Virus record (IMG/VR): IMGVR_UViG_3300005529_000001
Location: 208,882-272,881 of that record
Direction: 5' to 3' (one strand)
Length of the DNA stretch: 64,000 nt
Origin: a virus
The position numbers and the translations under genes are program-made. Below are positions 19,339-28,260 of the stretch, in pieces; positions within the stretch are counted from its first letter, which is position 1; each line of letters begins with the position of its first letter. The notes under the pieces were generated by a model. It had not been told where the DNA came from and did no database searches. It saw only the letters and a list, made by a program, of their open reading frames with translations.

Positions 19339-19554
19339 TCAGGTTTTTGCCTTCGCGCAGCTGCTGTGGTGGGCCAACATGCGGCCGTACCCGTGGGGCA
19401 ATTTTCGGTTCTGCTCACGGCGGTCAGGCGGGAACCAGTAGTCGGGACACGTACACTTGACGTTCGCCTGAGCTTTGCACGCCAAGCAGTTGTTACGCGA
19501 GGCCAGGCCTTCGATGGTGTTCCAGGGCTGGCAAGTGTGCCCAGCGAAGTTCAT
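19339..19554 (-). CDS. small Cys-rich protein (71 aa)
   Basis: ORF with 8 Cys; coupled to the HD gene (ATGA). Confidence 0.4.
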   Translation of the reverse strand: MNFAGHTCQPWNTIEGLASRNNCLACKAQANVKCTCPDYWFPPDRREQNRKLPHGYGRMLAHHSSCAKAKT

Positions 19555-20168
19555 TCCACGGGCCAGATGATTCCCGGTTTCTCTTCCATCGTCGAGATGT
19601 AGTCAGCAGTCTGAACACCGTAGACAAGGGGCCTGATCTTCAGACAATATTTTTTGTTTTCTTCGGGCTTGAACCCGTCGTTGAGCTTGATGGCCAGGAA
19701 CTCATCAACAGTCAGTTGGATGCCGTAGTGCTGCATCAGGAACAACGAGCGATCGGGAGTCGAGAAGTAAGGGAGCTCATCGTTGTACTTGTACTCTTCA
19801 CCCAGCTTTTCAGCGCGCCAAGCGTCTGTCTGCGGGATGTAGAAATCGTTCTCACTGCCCTTTCCCGGCATGCCAACCTTGCCGATGTCATGGAAGAGCG
19901 CCGCGATGATCATCGCTTCTTTGTTCAGTTTCCAGCCGTACCCGTTATTGAGAACAACGAGGTTGTTGAGCACCCGGAGGCTGTGATCGACCAGCCCACC
20001 CGGGAATGCTCCGTGATAATCGACCTTTGCCGAAGCTGGAGCTAGGCACAATCGTTCGTCGAGATCATCGAGCATCTCGGACAACGCTTGCCCACGGGTT
20101 GGGCATTTGTCACACAACCCACGAAACTTTTTCCAGTTCTGCTCGATCTCTTCAGGTGTCAACGACAT
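19551..20168 (-). CDS. HD-domain phosphohydrolase
   Basis: HSLRV ... LFHDIGK (H...HD) motifs. Confidence 0.75.
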   Translation of the reverse strand: MSLTPEEIEQNWKKFRGLCDKCPTRGQALSEMLDDLDERLCLAPASAKVDYHGAFPGGLVDHSLRVLNNLVVLNNGYGWKLNKEAMIIAALFHDIGKVGMPGKGSENDFYIPQTDAWRAEKLGEEYKYNDELPYFSTPDRSLFLMQHYGIQLTVDEFLAIKLNDGFKPEENKKYCLKIRPLVYGVQTADYISTMEEKPGIIWPVE

Positions 20169-20200
20169 GCTGTAATCTTACAAGCACAATCTTAGCTTGT

Positions 20201-21430
20201 TCAACACACGGGTTCGAGTCTCAGAGGGAACTTCTGCACGTAACCCGTGACCTTAACGTCTGTGATCTTTCTGACCTCGGGCTCTTCATCCAAGTGTACG
20301 TCAAGGAACAGAGCATCGTGCAATGTCCCAATCGCACATGTCTGGGGCGCAGCGTGTTCCAGCTGTTCGATCACTTGAGCAAACCCCAACAGGGTGACAT
20401 CAACTCCCGTCGATTGAGCGTAGTAATTTATCAGAATGTTGTCCAGCGGTTCGTCAACGAGCACCCGGCGTCCGTATCGGTTCTCTAGGTAACCCGTCGA
20501 TACGAACTGGGCCTTGATCCTCTTCAGGAGATCGTTGGTACGAAAGTACAGCTTCACCTGTTTGAGGAATGCCTTGAGTTCCTTTCCCTCCATTCCCAAG
20601 TGCTTTCCCAAGACATAGTCGGTCATCCCATATAACATCGCGATGACGGCGCCCTTGACGACCTTGCGTTCACGGTTCAGTTCACGTGCCATCATCCCGT
20701 ACAGGTCAACTTCTTCACACCTGCGGCCGAACTCATACAACAGGACACGGACCTCAAGCGCCGCAAAATCCAGAGCAAAAATCCGGCCCCTGTCACCGTG
20801 TCGAGACTTGATCAGATTACGATGCTCTTTCTTGATCGTCAAGATCTGCGGACCGCTGTCAACGATCAGGCGTCCTGTTAGGGTGCCAAACCTGTTGTAA
20901 CAGATGGGTTGAGCAAAACCATTGGCGTCAGGCTGGAACGATTTGATCGCGGGCACGTTTCCCTCGCCTGCCAAAACGAGGTCACGCCAACGCTCTCCGT
21001 CGATGGCCATGGGCCTGAGGCTGCGGAAGACACGGTTTCCCGGCCCCCACACTGTCCTGTAATAATTCGTGGGAGCCGAAGCCATGGCAACCATCGCGGC
21101 ATCGACCAGCCCTTTCACGAAGGCACGGTGTTCAGCAACAGGCATCACCTTTTGCCAGGGTACCGGCGTGTTTGCCAGTGAACCAGACAGCTGCGACATC
21201 ACGTTGACAAATCGCTTGGGAGGCGAGACATCGAGCTTGTTCCCACCCAGTTTTAGCACCGTGTCAAAGCACCAGTCGCTCTCGTCTTTGATGTGACCGT
21301 TCAACCACCACATCTCGGGTGGGATCGTGTTCGACCACTCAAACGTCCCGTCGCCAACAACCAAGTGATTGTCAGTTCCGAGGAGACAGCTGTCAATGCA
21401 CAGACGAGACACGAGATCATTGTATTGCAA
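20201..21430 (-). CDS. family A DNA polymerase, polymerase domain only (409 aa)
   Basis: Motif A LDFAALEVRV; motif B RKVVKGAVIAMLYGMTDYVLGKHLG; motif C LHDALFLDV. No 3'-5' exonuclease motifs in the short N-terminus. Confidence 0.8.
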   Translation of the reverse strand: MQYNDLVSRLCIDSCLLGTDNHLVVGDGTFEWSNTIPPEMWWLNGHIKDESDWCFDTVLKLGGNKLDVSPPKRFVNVMSQLSGSLANTPVPWQKVMPVAEHRAFVKGLVDAAMVAMASAPTNYYRTVWGPGNRVFRSLRPMAIDGERWRDLVLAGEGNVPAIKSFQPDANGFAQPICYNRFGTLTGRLIVDSGPQILTIKKEHRNLIKSRHGDRGRIFALDFAALEVRVLLYEFGRRCEEVDLYGMMARELNRERKVVKGAVIAMLYGMTDYVLGKHLGMEGKELKAFLKQVKLYFRTNDLLKRIKAQFVSTGYLENRYGRRVLVDEPLDNILINYYAQSTGVDVTLLGFAQVIEQLEHAAPQTCAIGTLHDALFLDVHLDEEPEVRKITDVKVTGYVQKFPLRLEPVC

Positions 21431-21447
21431 TGACCCCGGAGTCTACA

Positions 21448-24426
21448 TCATCCCTTCTGGCCGGGAACTTTGGCTGACAAGCTAGCGACCCACTGGTCGA
21501 TCTGCTGGGCACCCTCCCAGACACCGTACGCGTCAGCGTAACCGAACTGCCACGTTGTCTCGTACTTACCCGGCCCGATCGTGTGCGACAGGCCCGTGAC
21601 GATGTAGATGTTGTCAAGCGTCGTGCCCGTCTGAAAATCAATGAAGTACATCTGGGCCATGGTCGCGAGCGGGTTTCCGATCGTTGTCATGTTGAGCATC
21701 GCTGGGATAACGCGGACTGGAAAGCCACGTTCGCCACCGCCAGCGGGATGAGCATCGTTCCTGATGTTCATCGTCCGTTGCATCTGGACAGAAGACACCC
21801 GGGGGTCCGCTTTGGATGCTAGGGCGGCGGAGACGATGGTCGTTCCGTTCGCACCGAACCTGATGGTCGGCACCATCTTTGAGACCAGGTCTTTTGCTTG
21901 CTGGTAGCTCGCGGGTTGGGCGATGATGCTGGCGTTCGTTTTGGGATCCTGTGTCACCTGGCTACCCGGCGCTGCTTGCGCATACGCTTGCGCAAACTTC
22001 TGGATCTGCTGGCCGTCAGACGGTGACAGCTGCTTGTTTGCCGCGGGGGAGGCCACCTGGATGAAGTCCCGGTTGGCGCTGTCACGTAACAGCGTCGCCG
22101 CGCCCTTGTATGGGTTCAGCTGCTTGTCATAGATGTGAATGCGCATGATGCGCTTGACACCCGCAGCGTTCGGCCCCTTGTTGGCTTCGATCGCAGTGTT
22201 CTTGGCCGAGTAACCGATCAACTGCAAGATGTCGTTTTGGGTGCCCGTGTTATCACCCGGTCGCTGGTGTGCACACTCGATGTACATCTCGATCATCGGT
22301 TGCTTGAACGTCCCGTATTTCAGCTGCCACTTGTCCAGCTCAGACGGGCTGTCACCCTGTCTGTCCTTGACTCTAGCTTCAGGGTTGTTAGAGTCGTAGG
22401 GCTGGTAAGCACCCTTCATGCCATACCCGAGGTTGCGGGGGTCGAGGAACTGAGCGTTGATGACCAAACCCAAGAAATCTTCCAGGGTCATGTTCTGTCC
22501 GCCAGTCCTGATCACATTCTCTCGGTATTGGTCAGCAAACATGCCCATGTCAATTGGGAACGAAGCAATCGATGTGCTAGAAACAGGCCCACACTGTTCA
22601 TTCATTTGGTAAAAGAAGATCTGGAGCTCGTCATGGCTCCCGAGCTGTGCTGCGCTTGTCAAGTTACGACCCGCAAACACCGAAAACAGCTTTCCAAATG
22701 AAACAACGCCCTTCCTGAGTGTCTGGTTGGAATTCTTGGGCGCAGTAACCCACGCATCTAGAGCTTTTTTCAAGTCGCTTGATCCATCAATCGTCGATTG
22801 CTTTTTCAGGGTGGGCAAGAACGGATCGGGTCCCGTGTAGACCTCCTCAAACATCTTGTTGACCGTGTTATCGACGTTCGTGGGGTTGTAAGCAAACTTT
22901 GTTGATGGGTCAACTGACGCATAGTTCTTCGCATACTGTTGCATCGTCGTGATCAGCTGCGTAGCTTTACCCTGGTCAACACCAGGTGTCTTCGATAGGA
23001 TCGTAGCTAGCTGTATGATCGCTGCGTCCAAAGCGTTCTTTGACAGGTTGGGACGTTGGCCCTGTTCCATCGCATCAAGGACCATGTAAGCACGGCTGTC
23101 ATGGTTAAGGCCCGCTCCCACGCCACCGTTGCCTGACGGGTCTAATCCCGTTGCAACGAACAGCTCTGCGATCTGCTCGCCAACCTGTCTCGCTGACTTG
23201 AGCAAAAACGTTTGGTCGTTATTGTTGTCAGCGATCTTTGATTGACGCATCTCGTTGACACCTTTGGTGAACAGCTCCAACGTCAGAGTGACCTGGCCCA
23301 CGTTGTCAAACGAAAAATTGCTGTTGACGATCCCATAGGCTTCTCGCATCAACATGTTGTTGTTGATGTACTCAAAGTATGGGTTATCTTTGGGATCGCT
23401 CCTCACCGGAGCTCGCCACCCATATGTCAGCCAGACAGTAACACCAGTGTAAACCCTGGGTCTGATCAGGTCGCTGATCTCACTCAGACGTGACCGATCA
23501 TGGATCTTGATCTGCAATGTTGCCTTCTTGTAGGTGTAGAAACCTGCACCAGCTGGAACGATGTTGATTGTCGCGTGTTCTAGCGTAGCAAACGGCCGAG
23601 TCGGATCGAGCACATCAGCGTAACGAGCACCCCCAGTAGCTTTCCCAACAGTATTGGGTGATGGGTTGTAGAGCGTCTGGGGAGATGTGAACATCTCCAT
23701 CCCAGCAAAATCGACTTCAGGTGAACCGGGTTGGTTTCCGGACGGGTTTGTCGCACCAAGAAGGTGAGCACCTATCATAGCATCGTTCGCCGTCTTGGGG
23801 TTAGCCGCGTTGCTGGTATCAACAGCTCCGATCAGGAACTTCAACAGTCCAGCAGTCTGGAGCTGGTTGGTGACCCGAGCAGGACGTGATATCATGAACT
23901 CAGCTTGTAGGAACGGGACTAGCTGTGCCAAGACAGTGTTTGGCATGTTGTTGAGGAACGGTTCAGCACGATGGCAGTTCCTCGTTTGTGGGCTAAAGAA
24001 CGGCGTGCGGCTGCAGATCAGTGCAACGTCAAGCGACACGGACCCACCCGTGGGTAATGGGAAATCAGCGCCGATGATCTGTTGCAATGCATTGCCCAGC
24101 TTTGCCGTCGCGCCCTGCGAGTCAACGTAGCTGTCTTGGTCCGAGCTGGTTCCCAGGTTGGGGATGGGTCCTTGCGTAGAATAAAACGACAGGTAATCAG
24201 ACAAGACTTCCGCGCTTGATTTTGTTCCCAAAGCACCGATCTGCGCGATGATGTCAGCAGTGCTGTACACGCCACGACCGCTGTTCTCAAGGACTTGTAA
24301 CAGTTGCTTGAACACGTCTTGGTTTTGGGTGTTGGGATCTTGCCCGAGGCTCGGCGTCACCGTCCCAAGCATGTCGCTGGGCGTAAATGAGTTTAAGATC
24401 CCTTCGATGGTGGTGAAGTCAGCCAT
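21448..24426 (-). CDS. large virion/baseplate-hub candidate protein (992 aa)
   Basis: Long ORF adjacent to the X-like gene; no motif recognised. Confidence 0.5.
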   Translation of the reverse strand: MADFTTIEGILNSFTPSDMLGTVTPSLGQDPNTQNQDVFKQLLQVLENSGRGVYSTADIIAQIGALGTKSSAEVLSDYLSFYSTQGPIPNLGTSSDQDSYVDSQGATAKLGNALQQIIGADFPLPTGGSVSLDVALICSRTPFFSPQTRNCHRAEPFLNNMPNTVLAQLVPFLQAEFMISRPARVTNQLQTAGLLKFLIGAVDTSNAANPKTANDAMIGAHLLGATNPSGNQPGSPEVDFAGMEMFTSPQTLYNPSPNTVGKATGGARYADVLDPTRPFATLEHATINIVPAGAGFYTYKKATLQIKIHDRSRLSEISDLIRPRVYTGVTVWLTYGWRAPVRSDPKDNPYFEYINNNMLMREAYGIVNSNFSFDNVGQVTLTLELFTKGVNEMRQSKIADNNNDQTFLLKSARQVGEQIAELFVATGLDPSGNGGVGAGLNHDSRAYMVLDAMEQGQRPNLSKNALDAAIIQLATILSKTPGVDQGKATQLITTMQQYAKNYASVDPSTKFAYNPTNVDNTVNKMFEEVYTGPDPFLPTLKKQSTIDGSSDLKKALDAWVTAPKNSNQTLRKGVVSFGKLFSVFAGRNLTSAAQLGSHDELQIFFYQMNEQCGPVSSTSIASFPIDMGMFADQYRENVIRTGGQNMTLEDFLGLVINAQFLDPRNLGYGMKGAYQPYDSNNPEARVKDRQGDSPSELDKWQLKYGTFKQPMIEMYIECAHQRPGDNTGTQNDILQLIGYSAKNTAIEANKGPNAAGVKRIMRIHIYDKQLNPYKGAATLLRDSANRDFIQVASPAANKQLSPSDGQQIQKFAQAYAQAAPGSQVTQDPKTNASIIAQPASYQQAKDLVSKMVPTIRFGANGTTIVSAALASKADPRVSSVQMQRTMNIRNDAHPAGGGERGFPVRVIPAMLNMTTIGNPLATMAQMYFIDFQTGTTLDNIYIVTGLSHTIGPGKYETTWQFGYADAYGVWEGAQQIDQWVASLSAKVPGQKG

Positions 24427-24719
24427 CAGGTCACCAATGCAGCGACCTGTACCAGGTTAGGTACCGTCAGAAGCGTTCCTGGGGGCACTTGAAGCCCCCA
24501 ACCGATGTTACTCGCTGCCGCCAAGACCCACCAGTACCGTGCGTCACCGTAGATCACACCTGCCATGGTGTCTAGGCGTTCACGACCACGAAGAACGATC
24601 TGGTTTGACTGGATCAAACCGCTCTTGATCCCAGCGCGGATAGCTTCTGCAGCACGGCCTGTCCCATATTGCTGTCCGTAGGCGAGGATGGGCGTTCGAG
24701 TGTATCTGCTAGACGGCAT
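24426..24719 (-). CDS. tail protein X-like (LysM-type) baseplate protein
   Basis: LRGRERLDTMAGVIYGDARYWWVLAAASNIG...PPGTLLTVP resembles P2 gpX/LysM. Confidence 0.55.
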   Translation of the reverse strand: MPSSRYTRTPILAYGQQYGTGRAAEAIRAGIKSGLIQSNQIVLRGRERLDTMAGVIYGDARYWWVLAAASNIGWGLQVPPGTLLTVPNLVQVAALVT

Positions 24720-24727
24720 CGATCACC

Positions 24728-27700
24728 TCATTGGTTCGTCGGAGGGATAAAACCAGGAGCCATTGGACCAACCGGGTAGACTGGTGCGCGGTTGTAACCA
24801 AAGTGATCAAGACCCGGGCTGATGTCATGAACGGGTGAAAAGTTCAAAGTGACTTTGCACAGTTTTGGTGCAACGCGACCCGTGTGAAGCTCCCACGTCA
24901 CCTTGTCATACCAGTCAAAACTCATCGTCTCGATGAAACCAGCTAGACCCTTTCCACCAGTATCAGCAAACGACTTAGCAATCGCATTACTGGCGGGAGA
25001 CAGGAAGTTTGTCAGGTCATCGGCGCCTGTCTGTGATCCAGGAGCTTGTTTTGCGATGATGTTCTGTCGCGTCTTGGACGTTGGAGTCAAAGCATTGGGT
25101 GGGATGATGTATTGCCCACCGATGACATTGCGAATCAGTTTGTCAGTGTTTGCGTACTCTCCTTGAGCGGCTTGGATTGCCTTAGCATACGCCAGCTGGA
25201 ACTGTGGGTCATCATTCACCTTGACTTGGCAGACTAACGGTGCTGGATAACCAGGTGGGTTGATTCCCTGCGCTGCTGCGGTTGATTTCATCGCTGTCAC
25301 TGTGAACAAGTGAGGGATGTGAGCTTTTTGGGGTTCAAACGTGGGTGCAAACTGCGGAGCGTTGCTTGACCCGCCCAGAGCGCCACCCAGAGCGCCGGCA
25401 CCAAGGCTGATCCCACCATTGTTGGAAGCAAGAGCATATGTGCCAGGCGCAATGTAATAATCGTTGGTCCCGTCAGGGTTTGCAAGAGCCGTTGCGATGA
25501 GAGTCGGTAGCTTGTCAATGATACCCTGGTCAATTGTTGCAGTGCTCTGGTAGCTGTTCACCTTGAAGTTGTTGTTTCCCATCCCAAACAGACGAGCAAG
25601 AGCGAACTGGCTGTAATTTCCATGAAGCAGGTTACCCAACCTGATCCGGATCAGCGGTGAGGCGCCAATCAACTGGCTGAACGGCTGCGTGAAAACGTAA
25701 TTCCCGTCGGGAGAAGACAGCTGCACGCCCTGGGTGTACTGCGGGTAAACCAGGGTGATGAGCTTGTTGATCTTTACCCACATGTCATCAAAATCGGGCT
25801 CGCTGGTCGCTGCGATGAAGAAAGACAAGCCTATCCTTCTCTCCGTTGACTTGTAGACCCGGACGGGCTCAACGCGTCCATAACCCTCTGTCTTTTCATA
25901 CGCCGCTGAGAAATCATCGGTCAGTGACGCAAGGAATGCATGGAATGCCACCATTTCATTCGTCCGCAAGTCGTGGAAATAGAACGGCACGTACTCGGAG
26001 TCCAACGTGGCTTCGAACGCTTGCGCCGTTGCAGAATCGATCCGAGCCAGGCCTTGTGAGCTGTCAACGACCTTAGCGGTCACATTTGACAGAGGATCAT
26101 GTTTGATGCCAATGATCGGATCAAACTGACCCAGACCAGTGATCCCGGCACTGGCGGCGATGATGGTGCTGGGTAACAGGACCTGTGCAGGTGCTCGGTT
26201 GGATGCCCAAGCCAGCTTGAGGCTGTTCTGCAACCTAGACTTGCCTGCCGCGTGGGTCAGGTTATCGTCTAGCTGGTCCATGGTGCTGATCTTGGTCCCG
26301 CCCACCGCTGTGGAGTCTGTGTCGCTAGATGGCAACGTCAAGATCTGATCGCCCAGCGTTGCCCACACGTTGATCGCGGCAACAACTTTTGAACCGCGGA
26401 TGGTGTCGATCATCGACAAGACCGAGTTGATGACATTCATCGGGTTGCCGCCGATCTTTGACAGAGACTTGCTGATGACGACAAACCCCCTGATGATCGA
26501 ACGAGAAACGTTGACCAAAAAACCTGGAGAGTCGGTCGCGGTGCTCAGGCTCAAACTGAGGCTGATCCCGCCGGAAGGTTGTGGCAAGCCATAGAATGCA
26601 GCCAAGCCCGAGTTCATCGCTTGTGACAGCGGAAATACGGTCGGGTTTATGCCCAACAGGGCGCCGAAGTTCAAAGACGCCAACGCGCTGATCGCCCCCA
26701 ACGGCCCACCACCGGACACTGCATTGGGTGGCTTGCTAGCTGGGAAATACTGACCCACAGCATAGCGACCGACGCTGTCACGTTGGGCTACTTTCGTTTG
26801 CGGGGTCACCAAGCCCATCAAGATGCCCAAAGCACCGATGACGACCTGAACTCCAGCAACCAATGCTAATGTCAGCGTCACCATGCCCAAAGCGTTCGTG
26901 CCATCATATGGATCGTTTGTGTCATTGAGCTGGCCCCATGATTGCGATCCCGGGCTGATGACGTTGGAGCTTGGCACTTCGTCATTTGTCAACGAATTGA
27001 GGATGTCTTTGGCTTGCAAGACATGTTGGTCGATCGTTGCCGTCCCGAGCTGAGCCAATCCCGGCAACAACGCAGCTGCCTCCATGCCGCCCGAGTTCGG
27101 ATCAGCACCCGCTGATGTCGCGCCCAATGTCGTGGTCGCACGGAGCCCCAATAGCGGACCGATCGTCGCTAGACGCCCGGTCGTATACGACTTTGCACTA
27201 GGATCCCACTCGCCCAGCTTGCTCTGCACTGACAAGGCAGGATCGTAACCGTTACCCGGATCAGTAACGTCAGCAACCTGAGCAAACGCTGCATGCGCGC
27301 TCGTGAAACGGTTGTTAGACAGCACTGCTGACGTGTATGGGTTGATGATCTTGGCGCTTGTGTCGGTGCGGCCCGGGATCGATGTCTGCTTTAGCTGCGG
27401 AGCATCACCCACCAAGCTTGTCGGGTCAGTCGCAACGTAAGTGCTCGTCCCTGTCACACCAGGCAACAGATCATTGCCATCAGTAGCGTTAGCGCTAGAC
27501 AGTCCCTTCTTGACTAGCTGTTGGATCGACGTAAACTGCTGGGTTGGGTAATCGACCTGCTTCTCTGCACCGCCCGCAAAGGTGGCTGGGTTCTGGGGAG
27601 GTAGCTCTAGTGGGGCAGGAAAGCCCTTGGAGTCTGTGGTTGACACCGTGTTCAACGTCGCGGTCCCGTCGCCCACTGGGTACTTGTTACCTACGGGCGG

Positions 27701-27973
27701 TGCGTTGGTCGGGTCAGCCCCCTCCTGGCCCATCGTCAGCTTGCTGAGGTACTGGGCTAGCGTTGTCTTTGTCGGGGTTGAGAGGTCCTTCGGCTTCCCA
27801 GACGAATCCTGGTAACCATCGCTGACATCGACGCCCTTGGTGTAAGAACCGTAGCCCGGCTGCCCGTTGATCTGTGCCTTTGCATCGGGCACGCCAACGT
27901 CATACGTTTGTTTTCTCCCGTTGAGGGGGAAACCATTGTCGCCAGTGTTGAGATTCTTTCCAGGGTCGGCCAT
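24728..27973 (-). CDS. large tail/baseplate protein (1081 aa)
   Basis: Long ORF between the tape measure and the X-like gene. Confidence 0.5.
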   Translation of the reverse strand: MADPGKNLNTGDNGFPLNGRKQTYDVGVPDAKAQINGQPGYGSYTKGVDVSDGYQDSSGKPKDLSTPTKTTLAQYLSKLTMGQEGADPTNAPPVGNKYPVGDGTATLNTVSTTDSKGFPAPLELPPQNPATFAGGAEKQVDYPTQQFTSIQQLVKKGLSSANATDGNDLLPGVTGTSTYVATDPTSLVGDAPQLKQTSIPGRTDTSAKIINPYTSAVLSNNRFTSAHAAFAQVADVTDPGNGYDPALSVQSKLGEWDPSAKSYTTGRLATIGPLLGLRATTTLGATSAGADPNSGGMEAAALLPGLAQLGTATIDQHVLQAKDILNSLTNDEVPSSNVISPGSQSWGQLNDTNDPYDGTNALGMVTLTLALVAGVQVVIGALGILMGLVTPQTKVAQRDSVGRYAVGQYFPASKPPNAVSGGGPLGAISALASLNFGALLGINPTVFPLSQAMNSGLAAFYGLPQPSGGISLSLSLSTATDSPGFLVNVSRSIIRGFVVISKSLSKIGGNPMNVINSVLSMIDTIRGSKVVAAINVWATLGDQILTLPSSDTDSTAVGGTKISTMDQLDDNLTHAAGKSRLQNSLKLAWASNRAPAQVLLPSTIIAASAGITGLGQFDPIIGIKHDPLSNVTAKVVDSSQGLARIDSATAQAFEATLDSEYVPFYFHDLRTNEMVAFHAFLASLTDDFSAAYEKTEGYGRVEPVRVYKSTERRIGLSFFIAATSEPDFDDMWVKINKLITLVYPQYTQGVQLSSPDGNYVFTQPFSQLIGASPLIRIRLGNLLHGNYSQFALARLFGMGNNNFKVNSYQSTATIDQGIIDKLPTLIATALANPDGTNDYYIAPGTYALASNNGGISLGAGALGGALGGSSNAPQFAPTFEPQKAHIPHLFTVTAMKSTAAAQGINPPGYPAPLVCQVKVNDDPQFQLAYAKAIQAAQGEYANTDKLIRNVIGGQYIIPPNALTPTSKTRQNIIAKQAPGSQTGADDLTNFLSPASNAIAKSFADTGGKGLAGFIETMSFDWYDKVTWELHTGRVAPKLCKVTLNFSPVHDISPGLDHFGYNRAPVYPVGPMAPGFIPPTNQ

Positions 27974-27978
27974 GGGCT

Positions 27979-28248
27979 TCAGGCAATAGAACCAGAGGTC
28001 GGTGTCTGGCTCTGGTTGCTAAGTACGCTCTGCTTCTCAACCAATGCCTGGCCAAGTTTAGCAGCGAACTCGGGGTCGTTTTCTGCCCGTTCGATGGCGG
28101 GACCCAAGATGTCAGCAAACGGGGCCACAAAGCCCTCCACGAGCTTTTGGATGGTTTTTCGTTCGCCAGCGTTCTGGGCACGGCCCAAGGCTTCGCGGTA
28201 TGCCGGGTCTTCTCTCAAGCGCTTGAGAAACTCGTCCCTCGTTTTCAT
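27979..28248 (-). CDS. small hypothetical protein (89 aa)
   Basis: ORF; N-terminal FLKRLRED resembles the shared propeptide motif. Confidence 0.5.
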   Translation of the reverse strand: MKTRDEFLKRLREDPAYREALGRAQNAGERKTIQKLVEGFVAPFADILGPAIERAENDPEFAAKLGQALVEKQSVLSNQSQTPTSGSIA

Positions 28249-28260
28249 GTCACGATCCTA

